A stretch of 64,000 nucleotides of DNA. Origin: Veleropilina oligotropha. Its lineage: Eukaryota. The stretch's first letter is position 1, and every line of letters starts with the position of its first letter. Below are positions 33,173-44,973 of the stretch, one piece after another. The position numbers were made by a program, and so were the translations under genes. The stretch spans positions 186,001-250,000 of the forward strand of contig JBEUKZ010000062.1 in assembly GCA_048128005.1 (NCBI GenBank), read 5' to 3'. The notes under the pieces were generated by a model that did no database searches, was not told where the DNA came from, and worked only from the letters and a program-made list of their open reading frames with translations.

Positions 33173-33430
33173 GTGGCCTCGGAGGATGAGTGGTTAGCCC
33201 GTCGGGTGCTAAACGATGCTGTTATTCGACAAGAGTTCGAACCCCGCCGGCGGCGCTTACAACCGCCTAAAATAATAGAAGAAAATTAATATGCTCTACA
33301 TGATTGTCTGATCGGATGGAGATTTTAAACTGGGGTCCTGACAGCGATACAAATGAAAAAATTGTAAAAAGCGGTAGTAAAGCAAAATGTTTCCAGCCAA
33401 CATTCCAATATTCGTTAACTACAACAACAG
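33173..33430 (+). mobile_element. tRNA-derived SINE related to the one at 27971
   Basis: B box GAGTTCGAACCCC and a shared central block GATCGGA..GAGA..TTAAAC.GGG..TCC.GAC...GTAAAGCAAA. Confidence 0.55.
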
Positions 33431-36400
33431 AAAGGCCTATATTGACACTATAATAATGGTACGCCTACCAAGTCTCTATACGGGTTTTTGGTTTTGGTTT
33501 GTCCTTTTTTAACAACCCCCAAGTTCATACCAGGACATGTCCATATTAACGCAGGAGGAAAGCCTTGTCTGCAGGGATAACCCGCCCTCTCCGTCAAGTT
33601 ATGGACAACTGTGATTGGTAACTGACTAAACAAAGAATGGTATTGCCCAAAACGAGGTTGGAACGCACTCCTGTTATACAGAGCTTTTAATTGTAATCCA
33701 ATGGTTTCGGACTCTGCACTCGAAACAACTCGGCTACCGGAGCGATCCGCATGTATACATTATACATTGTTCAACATTGTTGTAAACTTATAATCGACAG
33801 TATAACTGCAATTGTTATACCCTGTAAGCTTTATATCAGTCTTATTCAGTATCGTTATCAACTTCATCGTGGAGATCCACTTTATCAAACTTGGTGTTGG
33901 GATTGTGACATCTGTCTTGCAATAGGCACTTGCAGAAGGAAGTGCACGATAAACCTTCTGCATGACACGAACAACTGCTCCTTGAACATGCATTCTGAGC
34001 ACTGCAGCCACACGCAACCACTTTGATCAATTCCTGTGGGGAAAACTCAAACACCCTTGTGCTAGGTTTCGGTACGCCGTCTACGACATCCCATCCAAAT
34101 TTGGATATATTAACGTTTGGCGGCACAACCTGATCGGCAGCTTTCCAAAGCATAATTTGTAAGTGTGCCCTCTTTATATGCTCCTCCAGGGCAGAATCAG
34201 TTGGAGGCAGAGTTTTAATCCTTCGGGTGTCTCTCTTACTGGCAAATATTGTGTGCCGTGGCCGATTCATGGTGGTAGTGGATTGTTGCCAGTGTACATG
34301 ATACTGAAAAACCTTTGTCCAGCTGAGATAACATCCCACATGTTTGCATCGATTTATCCAAGCACTTCCAAAGTCACATCATGTTTCAGCAAGATTTCGA
34401 CGTCAGAGGCCTTGCTTTTTCCAAACAAGTAACTGGTCGTATCGCACCCAGTGAGAGCATGTACAGCGATGATCTGGGGTGATTTATCACCAATCTGTTT
34501 AGCTGTAGCATTGATGTCAATAACCTGACCGACATATTTCTTCATCTATATTTGAGAGTATGGGAACATACCATCAATAGCAAGAGACACAGTGTTACAC
34601 ACATGATAGGAAAGCACCCATCGTGAGACTTGATCTGGGGATAACGTAATTCCAACTAGTCCACCCTTCGCTTTCCCTTGGTGAATGTATGTCTGCTCCC
34701 CAAACGGTCTGCAAATACAACAATCCCCGACTTCCAGCAGAATAACACTAACAACACAAATATGTCCGTGTCATCAGCCACTACCTAAATGTGTCTATTT
34801 TCTTGCAAGATTAGTGATTGAAGATGACTGATGATATTGCAGTCAAGAACAGAACAGCTCAATCAATGCCTTTTCATTTTGGACATTTTTCACGACGGAG
34901 TTCCTGGCGGGAGAATTTGTCTCCAGTGTTAGTTTGAGTATAGGGCAGCTGGTGGAACCGGTTCTCCGCAGACGCTCATGTGTTTTTATCGAACCGTCTA
35001 AGTATCTATCAAAGACAACAATGACGTTGTGCTCTCTTTCTACTGCTCTTGTAAAGTTCTGTAGAAGATGTTTTATGGTTCCAATTTTAGGCCAGATTAT
35101 CCTATACAGCATATCACTGCCATCAATCACATCCACATTTGCTTCGCCGAGATTTGGATTCCTAATTGGCAGTTTGTGCAACATCTGCGACTTCGAACTT
35201 TTTCCAAGACTTCCATAATCATCAAACAGTGCAGGTGGGACTGGTGATAGTTCAAACCGCAGCATGCTCTCCAGGGTGATGTCTCTCTTTTGATAAATGA
35301 CCAGTAACCTACCATAGAGTTTATCCACGTCATAGATATATTGTTCGCCGATTCTAACACCCTTTTTCATAGTCTCCATGATGACCACCTTTGAATGTAT
35401 CGTATTATGGAACCTTTTAGGTAAGCTATCCTTGAACTGAGATGCCATGCCCTCGCCGATTGCCACAGCGTTATGAACGTTGACCTTCTCGCTGGTGACT
35501 TGACCATTCACAATGTTGAAGAGCCCGTCATTGTCGCTCTGTTGTAGAGGATGAGGGTGTCGTTTCAGTTCTTTTTGGATCTTCATCCTGTCCATTCTAT
35601 CCAGCTTTCTTCGCTGTTTTCCCTCCTCTTTGTGACTCGCATTCACATCATACTCCTCGTCATCAGATGGGAACATACCATCCATAGCTAGAGACACAGT
35701 GTTACACACATGGTAGGAAAGCACCCATCGTGAGACTTGATCTGGGGATAACGTAATTCCAACTAGTCCCCACCCTTCGCTTTCCCTTGGTGAATGTATG
35801 TCTGCTCCGCAAACTGTTTATCAAATACTGCATTCCTTCTTCCCTTACGGTGTCTACAGACATGCTGGCCCATGTGAAACATTGCAAGGGCTTCTTCGTC
35901 TAACTCGATGAGGTGACATGTAATGTAACTGGCGTAATTCCAGTGCCCTGCAGCGAAGAAGTATGGTACCATTCTGGTCAAGCAATACACGTGTAGGGCA
36001 TAATTTTCTTTTCGCTCGACCGTGACGAATATGTGTGCAATCCATACTGGATATATGAGGCAGTCAATCCAGCGACGAACTGTGTGTGACGAACGAGCAT
36101 CTTCCAGCTTCTGACATATGACATCGCATGATGTTTTCCCCGGTGAAACATATGTCTGGAGAAGTCCAGACACAACCATGAGGAGGTCTCGTAGTGCTTT
36201 GGGTCATGCCTTCTCATTTAGCATACTGTTCACTCCCTTGCAGGAAACTTTTAGAATATCCTCAAGTCCAGAATCCTTCATCACGTTACCCACACAGCCA
36301 ATGAATGGCATCATTGTGTGCGTGCCATCAGGTCTCACCAAAGGGTACTTCCGTATTGTTGGGTTTGACCATTTGATCTGCATGGCAACTTGAAAAGTTG

Positions 36401-36977
36401 GAGATCCGTCACTAACTGTATGTATCTTTGACCATGGGACTTCATGAATTCCTCAATATACTCTATTCTTGTGAGAACTGTGTCTGGATGACGGTGGCGC
36501 TTGAAATAAAACCTCTCTCTCGTGTGATCTTTTTAATATATCCCAACCACTCGACAGGTGGGTCATCATCATCATTGCCTACATCCCCAGTTGTAATATT
36601 AAATTTTATCAACCACTCTATGTTGGCTTTGAGGGCGATACCAATAGAATCCATTCTCTTTACAGCCTCTTTGTAAGGGATGCCATCATGGCTATGATCA
36701 TCATGGCTATGAACGACAGGTGGTGTCGGGTTCTTTGGACCTTGATAATAATGCATTGTGATGGGGGATAATTCGTTGAGTTTTATATTTATCATGTCTG
36801 CTTTTTTTACTCTTGGCATCAGTGGGATTTGGGTCTGCTCGTCCTCAACATTGGCTTCCTGTGGCTGTTGTGTGACCTCTGCCACTAAAACATGAGACTG
36901 CCTACATCCATTTGGTGTGAATAAATTTAGGTCATAATTGTCCACCCAAGAATTTAGTACACCTTCATTTGCTTTCA

Positions 36978-39900
36978 GACCTCTGAAAGTGTAAGGTTGT
37001 TTGCCCGTGGCCACCGGTGTCCTCTGAAAGTGTAAGGTTGTTTGCCCGCGGCCACCGGTGTCCTCTGAAAGTGTAAGGTTGTTTGCCCGCGAATGGCCAC
37101 CGGTGTCCTCTGAAAGTGTAAGGTTGCTTGCCCGCGAATGGCCACCGGTGTCCTCTGAAAGTGTAAGGTTGCTTGCCCGCGAATGGCCACCGGTGTCCTC
37201 TGAAAGTGTAAGGTTGTTTGCCCGCGGCCACCGGTGTCCTCTGAAAGTGTAAGGTTGTTTGCCCTCGAATATGGCCACCGGTGTCCTCTGAAAGTGTAAC
37301 GTTGTTTGCCCGCGAATGGCCACCGGTGTCCTCTGAAAGTGTAAGGTTGTTTGCCCGCGGCCACCGGTGTCCTCTGAAAGTGTAAGGTTGTTTGCCCGCG
37401 AATATGGCCACCGGTGTCCTCTGAAAGTGTAAGGTTGTTTGCCCGCGAATATGGCCACCGGTGTCCTCTGAAAGTGTAAGGTTGTGTGCCCGCGAATGGC
37501 CACCGGTGTCCTCTGAAAGTGTAAGGTTGTTTGCCCGCGAATATGGCCACCGGTGTCCTCTGAAAGTGTAAGGTTGTTTGCCCGCGAATATGGCCACCGG
37601 TGTCCTCTGACAGTGTAAGGTTGTTTGCCCGCGAATATGGCCACCGGTGTCCTCTGAAAGTGTAAGGTTGTTTGCCCGCGAATATGGCCACCGGTGTCCT
37701 CTGAAAGTGTAAGGTTGTTTGCCCGCGAATATGGCCACCGGTGTTCTCTGAAAGTGTAAGGTTGTTTGCCCGCGGCCACCGGTGTCCTCTGAAAGTGTAA
37801 GGTTGTTTGCCCGCGGCCACCGGTGTCCTCTGAAAGTGTAAGGTTGTTTGCCCGCGGCCACCGGTGTCCTCTGAAAGTGTAAGGTTGTTTGCCCGCGAAT
37901 ATGGCCACCGGTGTCCTCTGAAAGTGTAAGGTTGTTTGCCCGCGAATATGGCCACCGGTGTCCTCTGAAAGTGTAAGGTTGTTTGCCCGCGAATATGGCC
38001 ACCGGTGTCCTCTGAAAGTGTAAGGTTGTTTGCCCGCGAATATGGCCACCGGTGTCCTCTGAAAGTGTAAGGTTGTTTGCCCGCGAATATGGCCACCGGT
38101 GTCCTCTGAAAGTGTAAGGTTGTTTGCCCGCGAATATGGCCACCGGTGTCCTCTGAAAGTGTAAGGTTGTTTGCCCGCGAATATGGCCACCGGTGTCCTC
38201 TGAAAGTGTAAGGTTGTTTGCCCGCGAATATGGCCACCGGTGTCCTCTGAAAGTGTAAGGTTGTTTGCCCGCGAATATGGCCACCGGTGTCCTCTGAAAG
38301 TGTAAGGTTGTTTGCCCGCGAATATGGCCACCGGTGTCCTCTGAAAGTGTAAGGTTGTTTGCCCGCGAATATGGCCACCGGTGTCCTCTGAAAGTGTAAG
38401 GTTGTTTGCCCGCGAATATGGCCACCGGTGTCCTCTGAAAGTGTAAGGTTGTTTGCCCGCGAATATGGCAACCGGTGTCCTCTGAAAGTGTAAGGTTGTT
38501 TGCCCGCGAATATGGCCACCGGTGTCCTATGAAAGTGTAAGGTTGTTTGCCCGCGAATATGGCCACCGGTGTCCTCTGAAAGTGTAAGGTTGTTTGCCCG
38601 CGAATATGGCCACCGGTGTCCTCTGAAAGTGTAAGGTTGTTTGCCCGCGAATATGGCCACCGGTGTCCTCTGAAAGTGTAAGGTTGTTTGCCCGCGAATA
38701 TGGCCACCGGTGTCCTCTGAAAGTGTAAGGTTGTTTGCCCGCGAATATGGCCACCGGTGTCCTCTGAAAGTGTAAGGTTGTTTGCCCGCGAATATGGCCA
38801 CCGGTGTCCTCTGAAAGTGTAAGGTTGTTTGCCCGTGAATATGGCCACCGGTGTCCTCTGAAAGTGTAAGGTTGTTTGCCCGCGAATATGACCACCGGTG
38901 TCCTCTGAAAGTGTAAGGTTGTTTGCCCGCGAATATGGCCACCGGTGTCCTCTGAAAGTGTAAGGTTGTTTGCCCGCGAATATGGCCACCGGTGTCCTCT
39001 GAAAGTGTAAGGTTGTTTGCCCGCGAATATGGCCACCGGTGTCCTCTGAAAGTGTAAGGTTGTTTGCCCGCGAATATGGCCACCGGTGTCCTCTGAAAGT
39101 GTAAGGTTGTTTGCCCGCGAATATGGCCACCGGTGTCCTCTGAAAGTGTAAGGTTGTTTGCCCGCGAATATGGCCACCGGTGTCCTCTGAAAGTGTAAGG
39201 TTGTTTGCCCGCGAATATGGCCACCGGTGTCCTCTGAAAGTGTAAGGTTGTTTGCCCGCGAATATGGCCACCGGTGTCCTCTGAAAGTGTAAGGTTGTTT
39301 GCCCGCGAATATGGCCACCGGTGTCCTCTGAAAGTGTAAGGTTGTTTGCCCGCGAATATGGCCACCGGTGTCCTCTGAAAGTGTAAGGTTGTTTGCCCGC
39401 GAATATGGCCACCGGTGTCCTCTGAAAGTGTAAGGTTGTTTGCCCGCGAATATGGCCACCGGTGTCCTCTGACAGTGTAAGGTTGTTTGCCCACGAATAT
39501 GGCCACCGGTGTCCTCTGAAAGTGTAAGGTTGTTTGCCCGCGGCCACCGGTGTCCTCTGAAAGTGTAAGGTTGTTTGCCCGCGGCCACCGGTGTCCTCTG
39601 AAAGTGTAAGGTTGTTTGCCCGCGAATATGGCCACCGGTGTCCTCTGAAAGTGTAAGGTTGTTTGCCCGCGAATATGGCCACCGGTGTCCTCTGACAGTG
39701 TAAGGTTGTTTGCCCGCGAATATGGCCACCGGTGTCCTCTGAAAGTGTAAGGTTGTTTGCCCGCGAATATGGCCACCGGTGTCCTCTGACAGTGTAAGGT
39801 TGTTTGCCCGCGAATATGGCCACCGGTGTCCTCTGAAAGTGTAAGGTTGTTTGCCCGCGAATATGGCCACCGGTGTCCTCTGAAAGTGTAAGGTTGTTTG

Positions 39901-40348
39901 CCCGCGAATATGGCCACCGGTGTCCTCTGAAAGTGTAAGGTTGTTTGCCCGCGAATATGGCCACCGGTGTCCTCTGACAGTGTAAGGTTGTTTGCCCGCG
40001 AATATGGCCACCGGTGTCCTCTGAAAGTGTAAGGTTGTTTGCCCGCGAATATGGCCACCGGTGTCCTCTGAAAGTGTAAGGTTGTTTGCCCGCGAATATG
40101 GCCACCGGTGTCCTCTGAAAGTGTAAGGTTGTTTGCCCGCGAATATGGCCACCGGTGTCCTCTGAAAGTGTAAGGTTGTTTGCCCGCGAATATGGCCACC
40201 GGTGTCCTCTGACAGTGTAAGGTTGTTTGCCCGCGAATATGGCCACCGGTGTCCTCTGACAGTGTAAGGTTGTTTGCCCGCGAATATGGCCACCGGTGTC
40301 CTCTGAAAGTGTAAGGTTGTTTGCCCGCGAATATGGCCACCGGTGTCC
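36978..40348. repeat. 47-bp minisatellite, ~70-75 copies (with shorter 40/45-bp variants)
   Basis: Unit CCTCTGAAAGTGTAAGGTTGTTTGCCCGCGAATATGGCCACCGGTGT, head-to-tail with no spacers. Confidence 0.97.
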
Positions 40349-40980
40349 GGAAACTTACCACCTCGTCGTACGTTGCAGTTAGCCCATATTAATGTAAAAT
40401 TGTCAAAAGGTCCTTTGATCCAAATTTGTGATGCAACTTAACTGCAAGACCGAGACAGGTTTGGTTGTATGATTTGGTGATGTGGGCCTGGATGCATTGT
40501 GATAATGTAACAGATGATCTGGTAATTTTTCCATCCGATACCATGTTTGATATGAAGCTTAACAATGTAGGGCTAGTACTTTTGAGAGTCATGGAAACTG
40601 GTTGATGTCATAATCATTGGATTTTGGAAGTACTTTGCATTCTGTTACAATTATGTCTTTGAAACTGTCAAGCATATTCGGCGGATCCTCGTCTAATTTT
40701 ACTAAGCGCAGAATTGTAGGAAGTCGATCCGTGAAACAAAACAACTGGCACAACCTGATATGTCAAATTTAACGAGAGCACCACTATAGTGAGATTGTAT
40801 TTTCATGCTGAGCTGTTTTCGTGTGATCGTTTCAGAAACTGTACATGATTTAGTGTAATGTTCATGTAATTCAACAGAGGTCCACACACGAGATGGTTCA
40901 TCGTTCATTAGATCAATTTAATGTTGAAAACTCTCTTCAATACTTATTGAAGTGTTTTTTTTTTGGAAAGTTCAGATAGT

Positions 40981-41545
40981 ACTTACCGTTCTGACATGAA
41001 TAACTGACTGCAGTCTCTGCGATATTGTGCATCTGCAGCGTGGAGGTCGGGCACCTTGAACTTACCGTTCTGACATGAATAACTGACTGCAGTCTCTGAT
41101 ATATTGTGCATCTGCAGCGTGGAGGTCGGGCACCTTGAACTTACCGTTCTGACATGAATAACTGACTGCAGTCTCTGCGATATTGTGCATCTGCAGCGTG
41201 GAGGTCGGGCACCTTGAACGTACCGTTCTGACATGAATAACAGACTGCAGTCTCTGCGATATTGTGCATCTGCAGCGTGGAGGTCCGTCTGGGCACCTTG
41301 AACTTACCGTTCTGACATGAATAACTGACTGCAGTCTCTGTGATAGTGTGCATCTGCAGCGTGGAGGTCGGGCACCTTGAACTTACCGTTCTGACATGAA
41401 TAACTGACTGCAGTCTCTGTGATAGTGTGCATCTGCAGCGTGGAGGTCGGGCACCTTGAACTTACCGTTCTGACATGAATAACTGACTGCAGTCTCTGTG
41501 ATATTGTGCATCTGCAGCGTGGAGGTCCGTCTGGGCACCTTGAAT
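40981..41545. repeat. 79/83-bp tandem repeat, ~7 copies
   Basis: Unit ACTTACCGTTCTGACATGAATAACTGACTGCAGTCTCTG...GGCACCTTGA. Confidence 0.93.
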
Positions 41546-43888
41546 TCGAATCCTAACTGCATCTGCCTGTGCGTCGTCCCTTTCATCACATCTTTCCAAT
41601 ATAATAGCCTTAAAACTTTTCTGTCCATGAGTTTCGGCAGTTCTGCATTCGCTGACTTGGCGGTATCTTGAAGGATTTTTCTTATCATATGCCAAACATA
41701 ATTCTCCACAGAAGATACCATGTTTTCTGAAGTCAAAAGAAGTTGTTTCTGATCGTCGTCGCCTTTGACTTGGGGATTCACTGTGAGCCCTGTCATGACT
41801 GAATCCGCGCTTTGCGACTGCCCTGCTGATGTGGTGATAGATGTGTAGGTATTAACACATTCTCTATGGAAGTAAATTGTCAATGTCGGATTTATTTGAA
41901 ATTTTGGCTTTAACGTAAGGTGAAGGCTATCCCCTCCATCTTACTGGCAGCTATACTAGTATGTGTTCTCTGGGACGATGCTGTGTGTAGATCACAGATG
42001 TCTTTTGTGCACTCTGGGATTATTCACCTACGCGATCCCGGCATGGACATGAAGACTGCTAGAAATTAAAAAAAATGGAAATTTACAGATGTTAACCCTG
42101 GAAATAGCCACATGTATGTATCTCTATTTCGCGACCATGTTTTCGTAACGTATTTATTTAATACAAATAATGTAAAGGCATTGTCAATTGACAGAGTACA
42201 AAAATGTGGCATTAATTTTCTTTCAGTAATATTATTCTCATAACAACTTATATGACATAAAAAGATTACAATATTTTTATCAGATACTTATTCGCTGAAG
42301 AGCTCAATATGAGTCTAGTTGCTATTCTAAAAATAGCTTACTGTGACAACTCAGTGGAAATCATATAACGTGCATTAAATCACAGTTGTGACGTCATCTA
42401 TTGTTCTTTGCGTCCATTATGTTGTATAATGTCCTGCAGGCATGAACTAACTATCCATTATTACTTGGCAACTGTCCATTATTTCAACGAAGTGTCCATT
42501 ATTTCAACGAGGTGTCCATTATTTCAACGAGGTGTCCATTATTTCGACGAGGTGTCCATTATTACGATTAATATTGGACAGCTTAATAATGGACAGTGGC
42601 CAACTAAAAATAGACAATTATTTCGGATAATGATCTGCAAGGTAACAACCGACTTTTACATGAGCTAAAACAACAACGATAAGGCATTTTGCAAAGCGTT
42701 TAATGGACACTAATATCCAGTTTGCATACGTTCAAAATAAATATAACAATACAATATATTTTACAATGCGATTTTATCGCTATATATTTATATCCTTCCA
42801 AGAAATATTTATTATTTATCACGAGTTGTTGGTATCGGTACCATTCTTTCTTTCAATCACGAATGTCATTTTAGATGTATCCTTTAATACTCCAAATACG
42901 ACCGTAAATATCACATACAATGTTGACGATGACGACGACGACGGAGATGAATATTTCTTATATCGTATAACCCGATAACGTGTTTGGATCATATTTGATC
43001 AGTCACAATTCATATATCCATCTATCGAATCAGAAAAGAATGCGAATAATCATGATAATCCAATAAACCGTGTAAATTAATTGCATATTGCTCAATTATT
43101 ACCAGATTACGAGTACATCCATTCGGAGTGATTAATCCATCGCATACTCGCGGCATATGTCCATACAACGCCCGAAATTCTCTTTATGGTTTAAATTATA
43201 ATCCATTACAGATATGGGACGCTGAAAAATACAGAAATAATATTAAAGAAAGAGCGAAAACAAGTATCCAAAAATCAGTAAATGTCTTGTTTCACCTAGC
43301 AAAGTTTAAGTGGATACCAATTCCAGAAATGATTCTGACCGTCCGCAAGTCGGCCAGGTATAATTTCTAGATAAAAATTAGTTCACCATAAAAATCTGTT
43401 CTCGATCATTCATGCCAACGTTATGCAACTGTGTTTTTACATTTAATTTATGTGCAGAATGCATAAATGTAATTAACGTTTGGATGATTCGTGCAGCTAA
43501 ACACCAATATTATATTACCCGTGAAAATTATACTCTAACATATAGTTTTGTCAGTTTTCAGCTGTTGATGATAGTCTAAAACAGTATATAGGCCTACAAC
43601 ATAAATGTCACCAATATTCAATACAAATTAAAATTTGCTATTTTAAATATTTTACCTTTTGTAACTGAGGCCAGAGATTTACACCGCTATGATAATTAAT
43701 ATAAGCCGGTAGTTGACGATTTTGTGAATATCCGTATTTTATTGATTGTCAAACAATTGACCGATTTTGTGTTTCGACACGCTATTTTAAATGCCAAACT
43801 GGCATCAAGCGGATTCTGTATCAGTATACTCTAAAGTAACATAATTTTGGGAAAAATTGCTGTTATACCCGACTTTCAGGTTGCACTA

Positions 43889-44192
43889 TTTAGACAATAA
43901 AATTACCAAAGTCGACACCAATATTTCAAAATATATGTCTGGAAGTTTTAATAACTCCATTTATTTCACACCAGTTAATCAAGAAGAGGTATCAAGAATC
44001 ATATCAAATTTTAAAACAGGGAAAAGCAGTGGATGGGATGACATATCTCCCTCAGTTATTAAACAGACGTTTTCTAAAATCCTTGTACCAATAACTGAAA
44101 TTATAAATAAATCCTTATGTTCTGGTGTTTTTCCAAGTCAATTAAAAATTGCCAAAGTCACTCCAATATTTAAAAAGGGTGACCCCTCTCAG
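43889..44192 (+). mobile_element. LINE (CR1/L2-group) ORF2 fragment
   Basis: FTPVNQEEVSRIISNFKTGKSSGWDDISPSVIK...IINKSLCSGVFPSQLKIAKVTPIFKKGD. Confidence 0.85.
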
Positions 44193-44305
44193 TTTTGCTT
44201 TGTAAATCCGAAATGGCAACTCCACTTGGTTATGAATATAATTATGTAAATTGTAAAAATAAATATTTCGTTAATGTATTCATTTTTCCTGTTTTCGTTT
44301 TTCAG

Positions 44306-44605
44306 CTCCAAGTGCCCCGTCAGCGATCGCTGGCTTAACCAACGATGGCTTTATCACACTCTCAATTACGAAGGGAACAGGCAACGTCAATGCGTATGAT
44401 GTTCAGCTGCAGGAGGATAACGATGGCGGTGCTTGGAATACGAGAATCAATGAGACAGTAAATGCGAATAACCCATCTGCCACAACGGATTATGAATTCA
44501 GTACGGTGTTAACTGCGGGCAGCAGTTATCGCGTGATTGTGACGTCGGTCTCGTTTGCTGGCGCCGAAGGCGCACCAGTAGAGAGCAGTCCGCAAGTCGA
44601 TATCA
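44306..44605 (+). CDS. Host FN3-like exon (300 bp, phase 1-1)
   Basis: ttcag| acceptor and |gtacgt donor. Open frame PSAPSAIAGLTNDG...LTAGSSYRVIVTSV...PQVDI. Confidence 0.88.
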
Positions 44606-44826
44606 GTACGTAATATTGACAAATTATTATACTATTAATTATTTGATTTTATTTGTTACTTTTACGCCCAAATGTTATCATTTTTGTCTCGCCCGTAAGG
44701 AAAGAGACTATATATAGGTATTGCTTTTTGTGTCGGCGAAGGCGCCGTCAACAATTGTTAATGATTTGCGCTTAGCTCTGTTTCTCAAAAGGTATATGTT
44801 CTAGATCAACATAACTTGGACCATAG

Positions 44827-44973
44827 ATGCTTCATGGGTACTGTTATTTACTGAATGCTTCATGGGTACTGTTATTTACTGAATGCTTCATGGGTACTGT
44901 TATTTACTGAATGCTTCATGGGTACTGTTATTTACTGAATGCTTCATGGGTACTGTTATTTACTGAATGCTTC
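44827..44973. repeat. 28-bp tandem repeat, ~5 copies
   Basis: Unit ATGCTTCATGGGTACTGTTATTTACTGA. Confidence 0.9.

Larger units (their letters stand above)
33842..41883 (-). pseudogene. Fragmented Academ-like transposase with an XPG/FEN1-like nuclease domain and a C-terminal Cys-rich finger
   Basis: DLHAADAQYH, YDEVVSF, WVDNYD, PYFFAAGHWNYA, VVFDRY, HALTGCDTTSYLFGKSK, LPPTDSALEEHIKRAHLQ and CGC...CS...CSC...CTSFCKC. Many stops and frameshifts. Confidence 0.8.
32912..43888 (-). mobile_element. Decayed Academ-type DNA transposon (~11 kb including its minisatellites)
   Basis: Imperfect inverted repeats at ~32912-33015 and ~43790-43888 (shared core GTATAC...CTTGATGCCAGTTTGGCAT; the right end finishes TTGCACTA). 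Encloses transposase, XPG-like and Cys-rich coding remnants. The left boundary is uncertain. Confidence 0.7.

Noticed and set aside
36978..40348. CRISPR-like array
   Set aside because: Units are head-to-tail with no unique spacers, there are no cas genes, and the context is eukaryotic. The same applies to the 28-bp and 63-bp arrays.
36463..40361. ORFs of 588-1128 aa with a repeating peptide
   Set aside because: They arise because the 47-bp unit has no stop on the minus strand. The same peptide cycles through all three frames, so this is not a real repeat protein.
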